64,000 nt of DNA from Octopus bimaculoides (Eukaryota). The notes below the pieces were generated by a model, which ran no database searches, had not been told where the DNA came from, and worked only from the letters and a program-made list of their open reading frames with translations. The position numbers were made by a program, and so were the translations under genes. The stretch covers positions 20,012,282-20,076,281 of the forward strand of contig NC_068993.1 of the NCBI RefSeq assembly GCF_001194135.2, given 5' to 3'. Positions 1-14,300 of this stretch are shown here, piece after piece (the first letter of the stretch is position 1; each line of letters opens with the position of its first letter).

Positions 1-2228
1 GTGCCACGCAGTGGGACTGAACCCGGAACCATGTGGTTGGTAAGCAAGCTACTTACCACACAGCCACTCCTACTATTAGTTTTATAAAATCCTTTTATTA
101 AAGCAGGTATAGTCAATAAAACTGAGAGTACTAGCATACTATTGCATCTCTTATGGATACTAGAGAGACCGAAGCAAAAATGACAGGAGCCCAAAACATC
201 CAAAAACTAAATTAGGGATTAAACATGAGTTTTACTCTTGTGGTATTCTGAACTTATAACCCTAAATTCAGGACACCTAATAACTTATATTAGTTGCATA
301 TGATACAGTAACTTCTTAAATACGTTGAAAGCTTAAGTTGGTATTGCTACTGCTACTGCTACTACCACTAGACAGCAAGGAAACAGTTGTGTAATCATCT
401 TAAACTCTAAATACATAAGGGCGCACTTCATCATGTAATCAAAGATAAAGATGAAATGGTTACAGCTAGAATAATCTGATCATAGGTAAGTTTGCTCAGA
501 GCTGGCATGGAGCAAAACACAACGACTACTACTACTGCTACCATTATTATTTCTCACCACTGCTGCCACCACCACAACTGCCATAAACAGTAACCTTTTT
601 CTGCCCAGTCTTCATTACATTTCATAAAGATTACAAGCTTTAATGATAAAAATGAAACAACAAAAGTACCCCAGACATATCAGCATTATCAATTCTTAAA
701 ACAAAAAATAGCGTGATAAAAACCACTAAAATCTTGCAGTCAAGAGATAACAGTTGCAATTAATTGCATTTAAACACCATTTGGATGTTTGCAAAACAGC
801 TTAGTTAACATGTTTAAATCAGAGAATCACACTTGAGACTGTTAAAGTTCAAAGTCTGATACTTTACTTTTACCAGTTAGATAACATCTGTAGACATTGT
901 CAAGACTGAGCTTTCTATGAAGTTTCTGAACTGTGCAAGCCTGAACAGAGTTAAAATTTTACTGTGACGTTTTAAAAAAATATATTTTATCAAGAGTACA
1001 TCCTGATGTCATACTGAATTGACTTCTATTCTATCATAAAGAAAGCTGTTTATTAATTAGTTAGGAGCATGTACCTTTTACTAGAAAAAAAAAAGCGATT
1101 ATTAAAGTCTACACTGTCTAGAAAATTCTAAAAAATTCTATTATTAATATATTTCTATCAAAATATGTTTTTCAAACAATTGAAGATTTCAATTACATGA
1201 TTTAATAAGAAAAATTAATTCTAATGTTTCTGTTCATACTTTGGCATAACTACAGAANNNNNNNNNNNNNNNNNNNNNNNNNNNNNNNNNNNNNNNNNNN
1301 NNNNNNNNNNNNNNNNNNNNNNNNNNNNNNNNNNNNNNNNNNNNNNNNNNNNNNNNNNNNNNNNNNNNNNNNNNNNNNNNNNNNNNNNNNNNNNNNNNNN
1401 NNNNNNNNNNNNNNNNNNNNNNNNNNNNNNNNNNNNNNNNNNNNNNNNNNNNNNNNNNNNNNNNNNNNNNNNNNNNNNNNNNNNNNNNNNNNNNNNNNNN
1501 NNNNNNNNNNNNNNNNNNNNNNNNNNNNNNNNNNNNNNNNNNNNNNNNNNNNNNNNNNNNNNNNNNNNNNNNNNNNNNNNNNNNNNNNNNNNNNNNNNNN
1601 NNNNNNNNNNNNNNNNNNNNNNNNNNNNNNNNNNNNNNNNNNNNNNNNNNNNNNNNNNNNNNNNNNNNNNNNNNNNNNNNNNNNNNNNNNNNNNNNNNNN
1701 NNNNNNNNNNNNNNNNNNNNNNNNNNNNNNNNNNNNNNNNNNNNNNNNNNNNNNNNNNNNNNNNNNNNNNNNNNNNNNNNNNNNNNNNNNNNNNNNNNNN
1801 NNNNNNNNNNNNNNNNNNNNNNNNNNNNNNNNNNNNNNNNNNNNNNNNNNNNNNNNNNNNNNNNNNNNNNNNNGGGGAGAGGAGTTTTGTATAATTCAAA
1901 TGCCAATGCCTATAAAAGTGGTTAAATAGGAAATTAATGAATCTTCTAGAAATAGCAGCCCAAACTATCATAAATCACATAATTAATGTTTGAAAAGGAC
2001 ATATTGACAAATGTAAATTGAGCCAAATTGGAAAAATTCTTCTCCAAGATGATATGTGTGAAAACACATATAATAGACCCAGGATTAGGTACCTATGTAT
2101 ATATAGGTACCTTGCTGACATTCAACCCATGTCAGCAAGGAACGTTAAATGATAACAATGATGATTAACTGAAATAGAAAACTAAACTCAAAATAAACTC
2201 ATTTAACTTAAACACTATATATATATAC

Positions 2229-2259
<31 letters not shown>

Positions 2260-2286
2260 ATAAAGAGAATTAGAAACGAAACTGAC

Positions 2287-2361
2287 CTCTTCCTCACTCT
2301 CGCTCTCACTGTCATTAGTTGGGTCAATACTCAAAAAGAACTTCAAGGCAGCTACCATTAT
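2287..2361 (-). CDS. SDAD1: SDAD1 coding exon 7 (75 nt)
   Basis: tttttgcag|[25 protein letters not shown]|gtcagt. Confidence 0.9.
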
Positions 2362-5300
2362 CTGCAAAAAGAAATACCATAGCAAACTATATTAAACTAT
2401 ATATATAATAATAAACCATGTGTGNNNNNNNNNNCGAACATTATTATTAACCCATATTTGAATGTCTAGAAACTTCAATGAAAACAGTTTTCGTGTAAAT
2501 AATTATTACATCTACGTCAGTGTTTATACATGTACACAAATCTGAATGGCTGCAGATCTGGATTTGAAATAGCAAGTATTCTAGTTTGGTAGCGGAAATA
2601 ACTGTTTCGCTCGGGAGAGGTTAAAAAAAAAAAATTGTATATCAGATAGAATTTAATGAGTTATTTCCCTTTATCACAATTACTTTCAGTGACAGGTTAT
2701 CCAAAACATTTCCTATAGGGNNNNNNNNNNNNNNNNNNNNNNNNNNNNNNNNNNNNNNNNNNNNNNNNNNNNNNNNNNNNNNNNNNNNNNNNNNNNNNNN
2801 NNNNNNNNNNNNNNNNNNNNNNNNNNNNNNNNNNNNNNNNNNNNNNNNNNNNNNNNNNNNNNNNNNNNNNNNNNNNNNNNNNNNNNNNNNNNNNNNNNNN
2901 NNNNNNNNNNNNNNNNNNNNNNNNNNNNNNNNNNNNNNNNNNNNNNNNNNNNNNNNNNNNNNNNNNNNNNNNNNNNNNNNNNNNNNNNNNNNNNNNNNNN
3001 NNNNNNNNNNNNNNNNNNNNNNNNNNNNNNNNNNNNNNNNNNNNNNNNNNNNNNNNNNNNNNNNNNNNNNNNNNNNNNNNNNNNNNNNNNNNNNNNNNNN
3101 NNNNNNNNNNNNNNNNNNNNNNNNNNNNNNNNNNNNNNNNNNNNNNNNNNNNNNNNNNNNNNNNNNNNNNNNNNNNNNNNNNNNNNNNNNNNNNNNNNNN
3201 NNNNNNNNNNNNNNNNNNNNNNNNNNNNNNNNNNNNNNNNNNNNNNNNNNNNNNNNNNNNNNNNNNNNNNNNNNNNNNNNNNNNNNNNNNNNNNNNNNNN
3301 NNNNNNNNNNNNNNNNNNNNNNNNNNNNNNNNNNNNNNNNNNNNNNNNNNNNNNNNNNNNNNNNNNNNNNNNNNNNNNNNTTTGAATCCTTTTTTTTTTT
3401 TTTTTCAATTAAAATTTTCAAATTTATGCACAAGGATTGCAATTTTAGGGGAAGAGGGATGACCAGTAGATTTAGCCATCCCAGTATTTGACTGATTCTA
3501 TATCTTATCATCCCTGAAAGGATCAAAGACAAAGTTAACCACAGTAGAATTTGAACTTATAATGGAAAGAGCTGAAAGAAATGCCTTTTTTGTTTATTAT
3601 TCTTCTATTTATATTGTGTGATTTTTAAAATAAATATATGATACACAATAGAAACCCATTTGGGCAATTACAAGATATCTTTAAAAAAAAAAAGATAAAA
3701 ATAGTTTATTTGCAAGAAACAAGTATCATTTATTTGATATGGTAATTTTAGAAACATTGGTGCTACACGAAGGGGAACATTACAGATTTACAGATGGGGT
3801 ACACAATATCCTTTACGAATTTTATTCTTTTACTGTTTTCTTCCACAGCATAAACTTTGCATTGTCCTGTTAGATTTGCCTTCTTGATAGGAGGAATATC
3901 CACAGGAAAATGGCCAAGTGAAAAGCAAACATGATCGAGGTATTTTGAGGGTCTTCCAGCCTTTGGACATGGAATATGTAGGAGGTACTTCTTAACTGTT
4001 TGCTCAATCTAAACTGCAGAGAGGTCAGAGGTTTTCAAGCAGTAACAATATTATCATGATTGTCATTGCTCTCTTTGTCAGTCTAGGACTTGTTTTATAG
4101 AAGAAGTATGAATTTCACAGTCCAAGATCCATTAAGTGAAACATCTTTGAATAAGTACTTCTTGTCTTGATTCCTAGGTATTGGGTAATCACTGAAATGC
4201 CAGCTGACTGCCAACCTCACGTTGTAGTCACAAAGAATCTGATCTTTTCTAAATTTTTATTCAAGTAATTACTTTCTTCATAGCTGGACTGTGTATACAA
4301 CAGGTAATCTTCCACTCCACATCATTTCTCCTTCCTTCAGTGGTTCTGGCATTTCCTTTCTTTTGGCCTACAGTATGACACACATCAGTAACTTCTAGAC
4401 AAAATACATCAGCTAGTAGTAGACTTGTATAAAAGTTATCAAAACTTCAGCAGTAGTTTTGTTCTAGTAAAAGTTTCATGATTGTCATGACTACCTCCAA
4501 GGACACTGAGGCCACCAAACGGCCCATCAAGTTTTGTTCTACAAAATATCATGTTATAAGTCCATTCTGCAACATATGTATATATATTCATGAGATATCT
4601 CATGATAACCTGGGAAGAGATTAAGATGTTTTGAACTTTTTCAGCTTACCCAATACCCAGCATTAATTTGGGAAGGGAAGTGAACCTACAAGCCATACAC
4701 TGCATGATGGTATATTTTATTTATCTGCCATACATTGCAGTGGTGAGTGAAAATACACAGTTGATAACAGCATATTTTTATCAAATGTTGAAGGCCTTGA
4801 TCATGTGAGGGCTGTAGAAGGACAATCTTAGGAGAATGAATCCTGTTCTTTGCTTATTCAATGCCAAAACACCAGCATAGAGTATGGACAATTCCAACAA
4901 ACATCAATATAAAATGCCAGAGGATCCAATAGATGGTGAATTATAAGGAGGGTTTATGTTGGGTATGATGTCTTGATTAGATGATGATCAAATGACCTTG
5001 TGTGAAGCAGAGAGAAGGGTTTAACCCTTTAGTGTTCACATTATTCTGCCATAATTAATTCTTTTTTATCCACATTGTTTTTAACTAGTCATGCATTATC
5101 TCGTAGCTATGAGATTTTGATGAGGTAGCTGTTAATTTTAAAACGATATTGTAGGGTTGGTGTGAGAGATCAGATCTGGCCAGTTTGAACATAGAATAGG
5201 CAGAATACTTTTGGCCGGATATGGCCAGTTTAAATGCTAAAGGGTTAAAGTAATCTTTTAGAGTAAAGCTCAAATAACAACAATAACATTGAGCAATACA

Positions 5301-8300
5301 ATAGAGTATGAAAGTTATTTCTTACATAAGCATATGATCCCCTCCCCCGAACTTGCTGGCTTTGTGCCAAAATTTGAAACCTTTATCATTATCATCATCA
5401 TTATTGAGAGGTTTGACTGTGGGTATTATTTATGGTTAGCAATAACATTATGGGGAAAGGAGACTAGATTCTCAGAACTAAGATTCTATTATTATTATCA
5501 TCACCACTACAAAAATGCCTGAATTTTGTCCAGTCATATAAACACCATCTTCTTTATCCCTTAATTTATCTTCTGTCTTACAGTTTATTTCCACTGTTAA
5601 CTCACAGAACATTTCAATAGAAGACAATAAAGGAAATAACCGATCAGTTTTGTGTTTGTTTCTGGTTTCTTCTATAAAATTTCGAAGTGAATATTTTTAA
5701 AATTTTCGCTGCATAGTTTTTCTGAAATAAATTTGTTTTCATTTTTATTCTTCTGTATCACTGGTGAAGTTGCAATCACTACTGAAAAGGGGGTTAAGTT
5801 AAAGACAATACAATCTTCCCCTCATATCTTTACCCAAGACACAAATAGTTACAAACAACACTATACCTGTAAGCAAACAACCTAATGACCATTGATCTGC
5901 AGTGGTTTTCATCATCATCATTGTCATTTAACGTCCGCTTTCCATGCCAGTATGGGTTGGACAATTTGACTGAGGACTGGTGGACCAGGAGGCGACACCA
6001 GGCTCCAATCTGATTTGGCAGAGTTTCTACAGCTGGATGCCCTTCCTAACACCAACCACTCCGAGAGTGTAGTGGGTGCTTTTACGTGCCACTGGCATGA
6101 GAGCCAGTCAGGCAGTACTGGCGACGGCCACACTCAAAATGGTGTATTTTACGTGCCACTTGCACAGGAGCCAGTCCATCGGCACGGCAACGATCTAACT
6201 CGAATGTCTTGCTGGCAACGGTCACGCTCAAAATGGTGTATTTTACGTGTCACCTGCACAGGAGCCAGTCCATTGGCACTGGCAACGATCTCGCTCGAAT
6301 GTCTTTTCACATGCCACTGGCACAAGTGCCAGAAAGGCAACGTTGGTAACGATCACGCTGGTGCTATTTACGTGCCACCGGTACGGAAGCCAGACAGCTG
6401 CTTTGGCAACGATCGCGCTCGGATGGTGCTCTTAGTGCTCCACTGGTACAGGTGCCATCACAATTTCACTTTCACTTGACCCAACAGGTCTTCACAAGCC
6501 GAGTTTAGTGTTCTTACAAATTTAGTTCGATTTCGATTTCACTTGCCTCATCATGTCTTCGCAAGCGGAGCTTAGTGTCCAATGAAGGAATGTTACGCAT
6601 AAGTGGGCTGGCTACATCCCTAGCAGAGGCCTTGGATTTTGGTCTCACTTGGCTTGCCGGGTCTTCTCACGCACAGCATATTTCCAAAGATCACGGTCAC
6701 AAGTCATTGCCTCAGTCAGGCCTAATGTTCGGAGGTCGTGCTTCACCACCTCATCCCAGGTCTTCCTAGGCCTGCCTCTGCCACGGGTTCCCTCAACCGC
6801 TAGGGTGTGGCACTTTTTCACGTAGCTATCCTTTCAATACAAACGCACCTGAGCTGGTTAACTGCAAGACCAAGAGAAATATATATATAACTAACAACTA
6901 TTACAAAATAACAGAGGTGACTGTTACCTTGGTAACTTTTGAGAAACAAGCTGTGCTGATAACATTGACTGTTTTGGCATCTTTCCATGTGTTTCTTCGA
7001 TACAGCTCAACCATAACATCCTGCAAAATAAGAATCAAATATTAACTGACTTCTGTGTATACATGTATTTAGTATAGAATCCAAATAGAACACAGCAGAT
7101 ATAGAAAGATGAGTAATACCGTCAGAGAAGTAGCTCTTGTAATTACAACAGAATAGACACAAAAATGGATATAGTTTGCAGATGTTTAATCAAGTGTCAA
7201 AAAAGACAAAAATTGCATGTAAAATGGACGCAGTAGCTAATGTATTTCTCAATACCATTGCTAAAAATATCTATTTAACCCATTACCTACCAGTGATCTC
7301 ATATGAGATCGCTTAAAAATTACAAATTTCATAATTATCTGTCAATATTTACACACATCTAACCTTTTTTGCTATATCTACTAGGTATATTTCTCTGATA
7401 TTCAAATGAGGTTTGCTAATTTTTCACTCAATATCTCGCTTATTTCTATTTAAAATGTTATTTTGATCATTCCAGCATGTTTCTAAGGCTGTTTTATGCT
7501 AGAAATCAAAGTTTCATAAAAAAAATTCCAGTTAATAGAATTATGGGGGGTAATGGGTTAAGCTAGTATTTTTGAAAGTAAGATATTTCTTATGAAAAAA
7601 AAAAAAAAAGGTGATTGTTTATTTTAAAGTTATTACAAGAGAAATTTATGAAAGGAGACATGTGACTCTCCTACGAGAATAAGTTAATCAAAATCAAACC
7701 AGCTAAATGTAAAGATGGTTTATGATGTTAAATATGGAATCTTTGTCATAGGAAATCACTGGTCAACAAGAGTGCTGCTCATTATATATGAGTATTATAG
7801 ATAAATATGTCTAATTAGTGGGAAAATAACGCAAGCACACTGAGAATAAAAGAGACTAGTAGATATCAATAATAAGATGAGATGGTGTGGAATTCCAAGT
7901 TTAACTATGAAATAGAAAACAACATGACCTAAAGGCTGATGAGAATTTACGATGGATAAACTTATCAGCCAGGTAATTTTAATGCATTACTTTGGATACA
8001 GGAAGTGTGCTTCAGGTAGGAAAAGAAATAGCAAACAGATTTCAAAAAGTTTTAAGAGAGAGAAAAATTCTTATAAACATACCAGAGACTTTTTAGCTGC
8101 GATTGCATTGCTATCCTTCAGCATGTCATACATGAAATTTTGCAAAGTCTGAGGAGAAAATAATAATATAAATTCTATTAGAGTTTAAATTCATCGTATA
8201 TATGTACAGCAAATTCTGAGTTAACCCTTTAGTGTTCAGATTATTCTATCAAACATAATGCTTATTGATTCACATTGATTTGAATTAATCATGCATTATC

Positions 8301-11300
8301 TCATATCCTCAAGATCTTGATGGTGTAATTACTTAATGTAGAATAACATTGTAGGGTAGGTGTGAGAGCCTGGATCTGGTCAGTTTGAACATAAAACAGA
8401 TTAAATATTTTGGCCGGATATGGCCGGTTTAAATACTAAAGGGTTAAACATGCAATTGAAAGAAGTACCCACGAAAGTAAAATACTTCATATTTCTGGTT
8501 ACTTCTCTCCATCATATTTATGTTTCACTTAGTCCTGAAAGGGCTCCTTATCATAATAGTGATCGTTCTCTCCCTCTTGCGAAGTATTCCCACTTTTTCT
8601 CTTTAGTGTTATTCTGTGTATAATCAATTGGATGAGATATGATACTGTATGTCTGCACACGTAGTAAACCCTAACCAACTTACCTCCACCAAATATTGTA
8701 ATCCAACCAGCATTAATCCATTATAAATTACTCACCTATTACAACCCAAATCTTAATGATTAATGACTAATGATTATTTTCATTATGCTGAAAATATATT
8801 CGATTGACTTCAGTGAGTTACTACCATATATTTTACCTTTTTCAAAAAGATGGTGAATAAAAGTAAGACTTGTAAATGTCAGCTAGGCAGTAGTTCTTTA
8901 CCCACAAAGAAAAGCAATAATCTCTAACACACTAACAATAATGGCTTCTTGAACTAATAATATTTCTTAAGGATATAATACTGAATGGTATCCATGCATT
9001 TCTTTAAACATTAGCAATACAAAAGACACGAAATGCCAGTTACAACCAGGAATCAATAATATGTTTACAGATTGAATCCCTGAAAACTTCACAACTTTGT
9101 AACACCCTCAACTTGATAACTAAAACATCAATACTATTTTTTACATAGAGCCAAGTGCTTAATTAAGAAAAGGAAAAGACATAGATGATATTTTTACTTA
9201 CCCTGTTCAATTTGCCATTTTTATGCTTGGCATTTACCTTGTAAATATCTGATACAACATACGAATAAAGGGTTTGTCGAAGAAGTTTATCTGAGCAGAT
9301 GAAGAGTTGGAAAAACAGTTGCAACAGATCTACACCTGATATCAAACCTTTATTCCTTAAAAGAATCAGAGCACGGCAAAGGGACTGTGGAGAAAGAAAA
9401 CAGACATTTCATTTAGTCATGTATATGTCTAAGATTCCTGGTAAATTTAATGTTAAATTTATGACCATCATTATCATCACTATCATTTTAAGAATTATTC
9501 TTCCATGTATGATAGCATCAGATAAAGGAAGAAAAACAAAGTTGATCTTAATGGATTTGAGTTCAGAATTCACTATGCCAAGTGCAGGAAATAATAATAA
9601 TGCAAGACATTTTTTCTAATACTCTAACAATTCTGTCAATCCATCATTGTGACTAATAACCATGACGGTAATAATGATTTGTTGCACTGGTGCGAGACCA
9701 CAAATTTCAAAGCAGGAGACTGGTCCATTTCACGGACTTCAACATTTAACATGCCTTGCTGTGACTTGAACTCAGATCATAAAGACATGTAACTAAATAC
9801 AAAATGTTCTATCAAACACTCTAACATTTCTATTCCACTATAGTCCAGAAGTAGAGGCACATGGATTAGGGGTTAGGGAGTTGAACTCATGATCATAAGA
9901 CTGTTGTTTAAATTCCTGGATCAAAATACTTAATTTCATGCTGTTCCAGTGCTCTCAGCTTGCAAATACGAGTAATCCTGCAGTGGACTGCTGTCCCATC
10001 CAGGGGGAAATTATATTTATCATGGAAACTGGGAAATCAGCCCTAACAATAATGATTTTCTTCAATAACATGTGGCCATAAGATTGTACAAAAGAAATGA
10101 AGTTGAGTTAAATGATTGCTGTACATAAATGTTACATTCTGAAAGGATTTGAATTCAGAACATAGAATGGGATAAATAGTTACTACATGATACTATTCTG
10201 AACCATAATTTTTATCACTCTGATCCCTTGTAATAAAAGTAAATAAGTAAAATTTCAGAAAATAGATTTAGAATTAAGTAATATTTGCAGCCACTTTAAC
10301 ATGGCTGTCCAATTGAGCAGACTCAACTGCAATTTTTTTAACCCCAAGAGGACATCTCCTCTAGCTGGTTAACAATGTGCAGCTGCATCCGATAAAATTG
10401 CAAGCAAAGGAGTGTACCTCTACCATTACCTAGCAACGGGACCAGTAGACCAGTCCTGGTTTCAGGCTATTTCTACCACTCCTCAGTGCTGGACACCTCG
10501 TCTGCTGGAGAGATGGTAGCTCGCTTCTGCACGCAATATATATATTTCAAGTGAACACACAGTCGCTGACTTTGCAATAAGCCAACATGCTAGTTCTAAA
10601 ATCTCTCTCAGAGATCAATGCAGTAGTAGTAATGATAAGTAATGTTTGTAGCCACTTGAACATGGCTGTCCGTTCGAATGAACTCTACTGCGATTTTTTA
10701 ACCCCAAGAAGACATCTCCTCTCGCTAATTAATGATGCACAGCAGCATCTGATAGAATTGCAAGCAGTGGAGCATACCCCTACCATCACCTAGTGACAGG
10801 ACCATATAAAATAAATAAATAGACTTACCATTCTTATAGTAGGGTCCAATACCGTAGAATGTCTCAAAAGAAGTTCTTTAAGTTGCTGGGGGAAATCAAT
10901 CAGATGCTCTGCATAACAAAGTGCTACCTGGAACAAACCAGAAACAAAAACAAGGATGTTAAAATTTATCATCATCAGCATCATTTTAACGTTCATGTTT
11001 CATATTGAGTAACCATGGAGAGTCTCTCTCTCATTTGATTTGTATACAAAACCTTTTGTCAACCCTTTAAATTACATGTTTACACGTCTGCCTTCTCTAC
11101 CATCCATTGGTTCATATTTAAAGCCCAGTTGCTTCACTTTGCAAGTACAAGGTTTTAGGTTGAGTTTCATTGCATAGCACTTTGGGCAGGTGTTTCCTAT
11201 TTTAGCTCTAGGCTGACCAATGCCTTCTGAATGAATTTGTTAGACAGAGACGGTTTGAAAGCCTGTCATTTTTGGGGATGCGCCCACCTTGGCATCCAAT

Positions 11301-14300
11301 GATGGCTTGTTTATATCTCCAAAAATAAGCAGTTTGACAGAATAAATACAAGACTTTTTAAAATAAATAGAGGGGCCAATCTGTTTGACTAAACCCTTCA
11401 ACGTAGTGCTACAACATGGCTGCAGTCCAATGACTGAAACAAGTAAAAGAAACAACTACTTACATCCAGACAACCTCAAAAGTGCAAAAACAAACGCAAA
11501 AAAATTAAAATAGCTTCCCATATTATTTGGCAACTCACTCAGCAAACCCACTCCAACCGATGGCTCATGGTGTGTTGTCTTCTCTCCTTGCCTTTCGTAC
11601 CATTATTACATGGTCTCTACTCACCAAGTCCCTTCCATCACTTGTCTCCCTCTTTTTCCCACTACCCTGAAGCATGCCCAACCACCCTTAACTCTGCCCT
11701 AACCAACACAGCAAATCCTTTCTTCCCAGAACATCCTCTCAAATTCCTTTTTTGCCTGTGTTTTCTCTGCATTCACTGATTTGTAACATTAACTTCATTG
11801 ATCTCACTAGTCTCAGAGTACCTGTAAAAGCTTATAACCTTTTTCCTCTAGAGCAGCGGTTCTCAACCAGGGTCTATATACGATTTTTAGGGACCAACAC
11901 AAGCAAAATAATAATTTGGAGTTTCCCAGTAGTGTTTTAGGGGTCCCAGAAAAAATTTTGCTTTAGATGTATTTATTGCAAGAAACAGCTAGATTTCTTT
12001 CTATAACATTTTACATAGTCCAACCCACACAATAACGAAATAGGAATTTTGAAAGAAGTTTTTATAAAACTAGTTTTTAAACTGAATGGCTAATGGGGGT
12101 CCACTAGAATAAAATAGTAATCAAAGACACCCATAGATAAATAATGGTTGAGAGCTTCATGCCTCAAGCAAACTATCATCATCAGTCCATTTTCCATGCT
12201 GGTATGGGTTGGATAGTTTGACAGGAGCTGGCCAGGTTCCATGCTTGTTCTGGCATCGTTTCTATGGCTGGATGCCCTTTTTAATACCAACCACTTTACT
12301 GAGTGTACTGGGTGCTTTCACGCAGCACCAGCACAGGTGCGTTTCCGTGGCACTGTTACAGGTGTTTTTTACATGCCACCAGCACTCATGAGCCCATAAG
12401 ATTAGGAATGCTCAGCTGGAGAGAGATGCAGGGGTCAAGCCTGTATGCAGAGACAACCATGCTTTTACTTAGCTTGACGTATTTGACATGTCTTTTCAAG
12501 CACAACAAACTGTCAGGAGTTTTGGCCCCTGTCATCCTCTCTATGAATCCCAATGTCTGTAGATCCTTTCTCAGGACTTCGTCACATATCTTCCTGGGTC
12601 TACTTTTTCTACATGTTCCCTCTACGATTAGAGATCAGCACCTCTTCAAGCAACTATAAAAAAACAAAAAAGTTTTAAAAACCCACCCAATTTACTAATT
12701 TGCATAACTTTGAAAAACAAATATCGTATATGCATAACTTTGAAAAAAAACGACATATTGCAACAGAAAGTACCTTAAACAATTAGTTTAGCATACTGCA
12801 TTCACACATAAGAAAACAAAATTACCTGTGCTAGAAACATGATCATTTCATCCAAACTTTTGGAGTACTGACTGGGTTTAAGTTGAAAAATTTCCAAAGT
12901 TGAAAGGAAGTGCTGGTGTTGTTGCAAAAACTGAAAGAAACAAATTAATATTCTTTATCAATCATTGATATCAAAAACACAAAAATTGCACCAACTTCAT
13001 CAGCTAACTGGTGAGAATGATGTAATGGAATAAAGTTTGGATGTTCAATCTTAAGTTTGAATAAGCATTCGTGTATATGGCATCCGTTGAATTTGATGAC
13101 AAAGATTTAGCTGTTTAACCCTTTAACATTTAAACTGGCCATATCTGGCCAAAGCATTCTGCCTCTTTTACGCTCAAACTGATCAGATCTGGCCTCTTAC
13201 ATTAACCCTACAATATGTATATAAAGTCCTACAAAGTATATATGGTAGATATATATATAGCCTTATAAGGTTCTTACCATAGAGAGAGAATGGATGTTTC
13301 ACATCAGAGTACTGTTCTGTGAGACAGATGTTGACAAGAACTTGGATTCAACATCCCAATGTGGTCTTACATTCTTGGTCACCATCTCATGTATTTCTAT
13401 GTCAACAAGCATCACCGCTAGATGGTTGTCGACACTATGCTGGATTCATCTGTGCTTTAGAAAGGCCTAGCTTTTGTCTTGCTGAGCGTCTAGCAACCTT
13501 CCTTGCAAAGCAAGCATGCCAGTTTAGTTACCAACAAATTAACTATGTGATATATTGTACCCTATTACATGTTCACTGTAGCACTAGGTGTGTGTGGTGT
13601 ACATATATTCACAATAGAAAAGCATTATAATTAAAAAAGCAATTTATGTACTAACTCTTAAAAGTAATAATTAATTTGGTTTAATTAATAAAATTGAAGT
13701 GCATCACTGGTAAATATCTGCTAAATAATCCAACCCAATAATTAAAACAAAATCGATAAGCAATATAATTATGATTAAAACCATTTGATTAAATTAAATT
13801 CTGTATATGACTAGTCCTCCTTGATTCCAGCAGGATTTGGGCTCATAACTTAAGGGAGAGTTAACTAAATATAATATGGGGGTGACGGTACCTGATATGT
13901 TCCAGAATAGTCACTATTAGACAATTGTCACACATTCGAAACTCTCCCCTGATTTCATGCTCGTATGCAAATTAGTTTGGATTTTGGAGTTATCTCCCTT
14001 CACTTTCTTGATACTCTCTTCACCAATGATTAAAGTCTTATAACTTGTGTAAGCTTAACCGTCCAATTGCTAATTAATGATATTAGGAGAATCCCATCTA
14101 CATTAAAACGATTATTTGATTATTATTAACATTCTAGTTTTATCTTTAACTGTTTTTTTTTTTGTCATATAGTGTTTTAACTTTCCTGGAAGAAAAAAAA
14201 AAATTTTTGTAGCCCAGTAATCTAACCAACTGTATAACCTGTCTTCAAGCAAGACAACATTTTGACACTGATGTCCCCTAGATTAATTTCTTCCAGACAC

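Noticed and set aside
1224-3532. Long ORFs in the track (also 18387-18984, 27437-27824, 46098-47071, 58057-58422)
   Set aside because: They are artefacts of translating N-gaps as X.
3780-5000. Possible highly decayed minus-strand LINE
   Set aside because: Only scattered weak motifs (e.g. YLGI); cannot be supported without a search.
6070-6460. Repeat-spacer-like array resembling CRISPR
   Set aside because: Units are homologous along their whole length (minisatellite), they lie in an RTE 3' UTR, the DNA is eukaryotic, and there are no cas genes.
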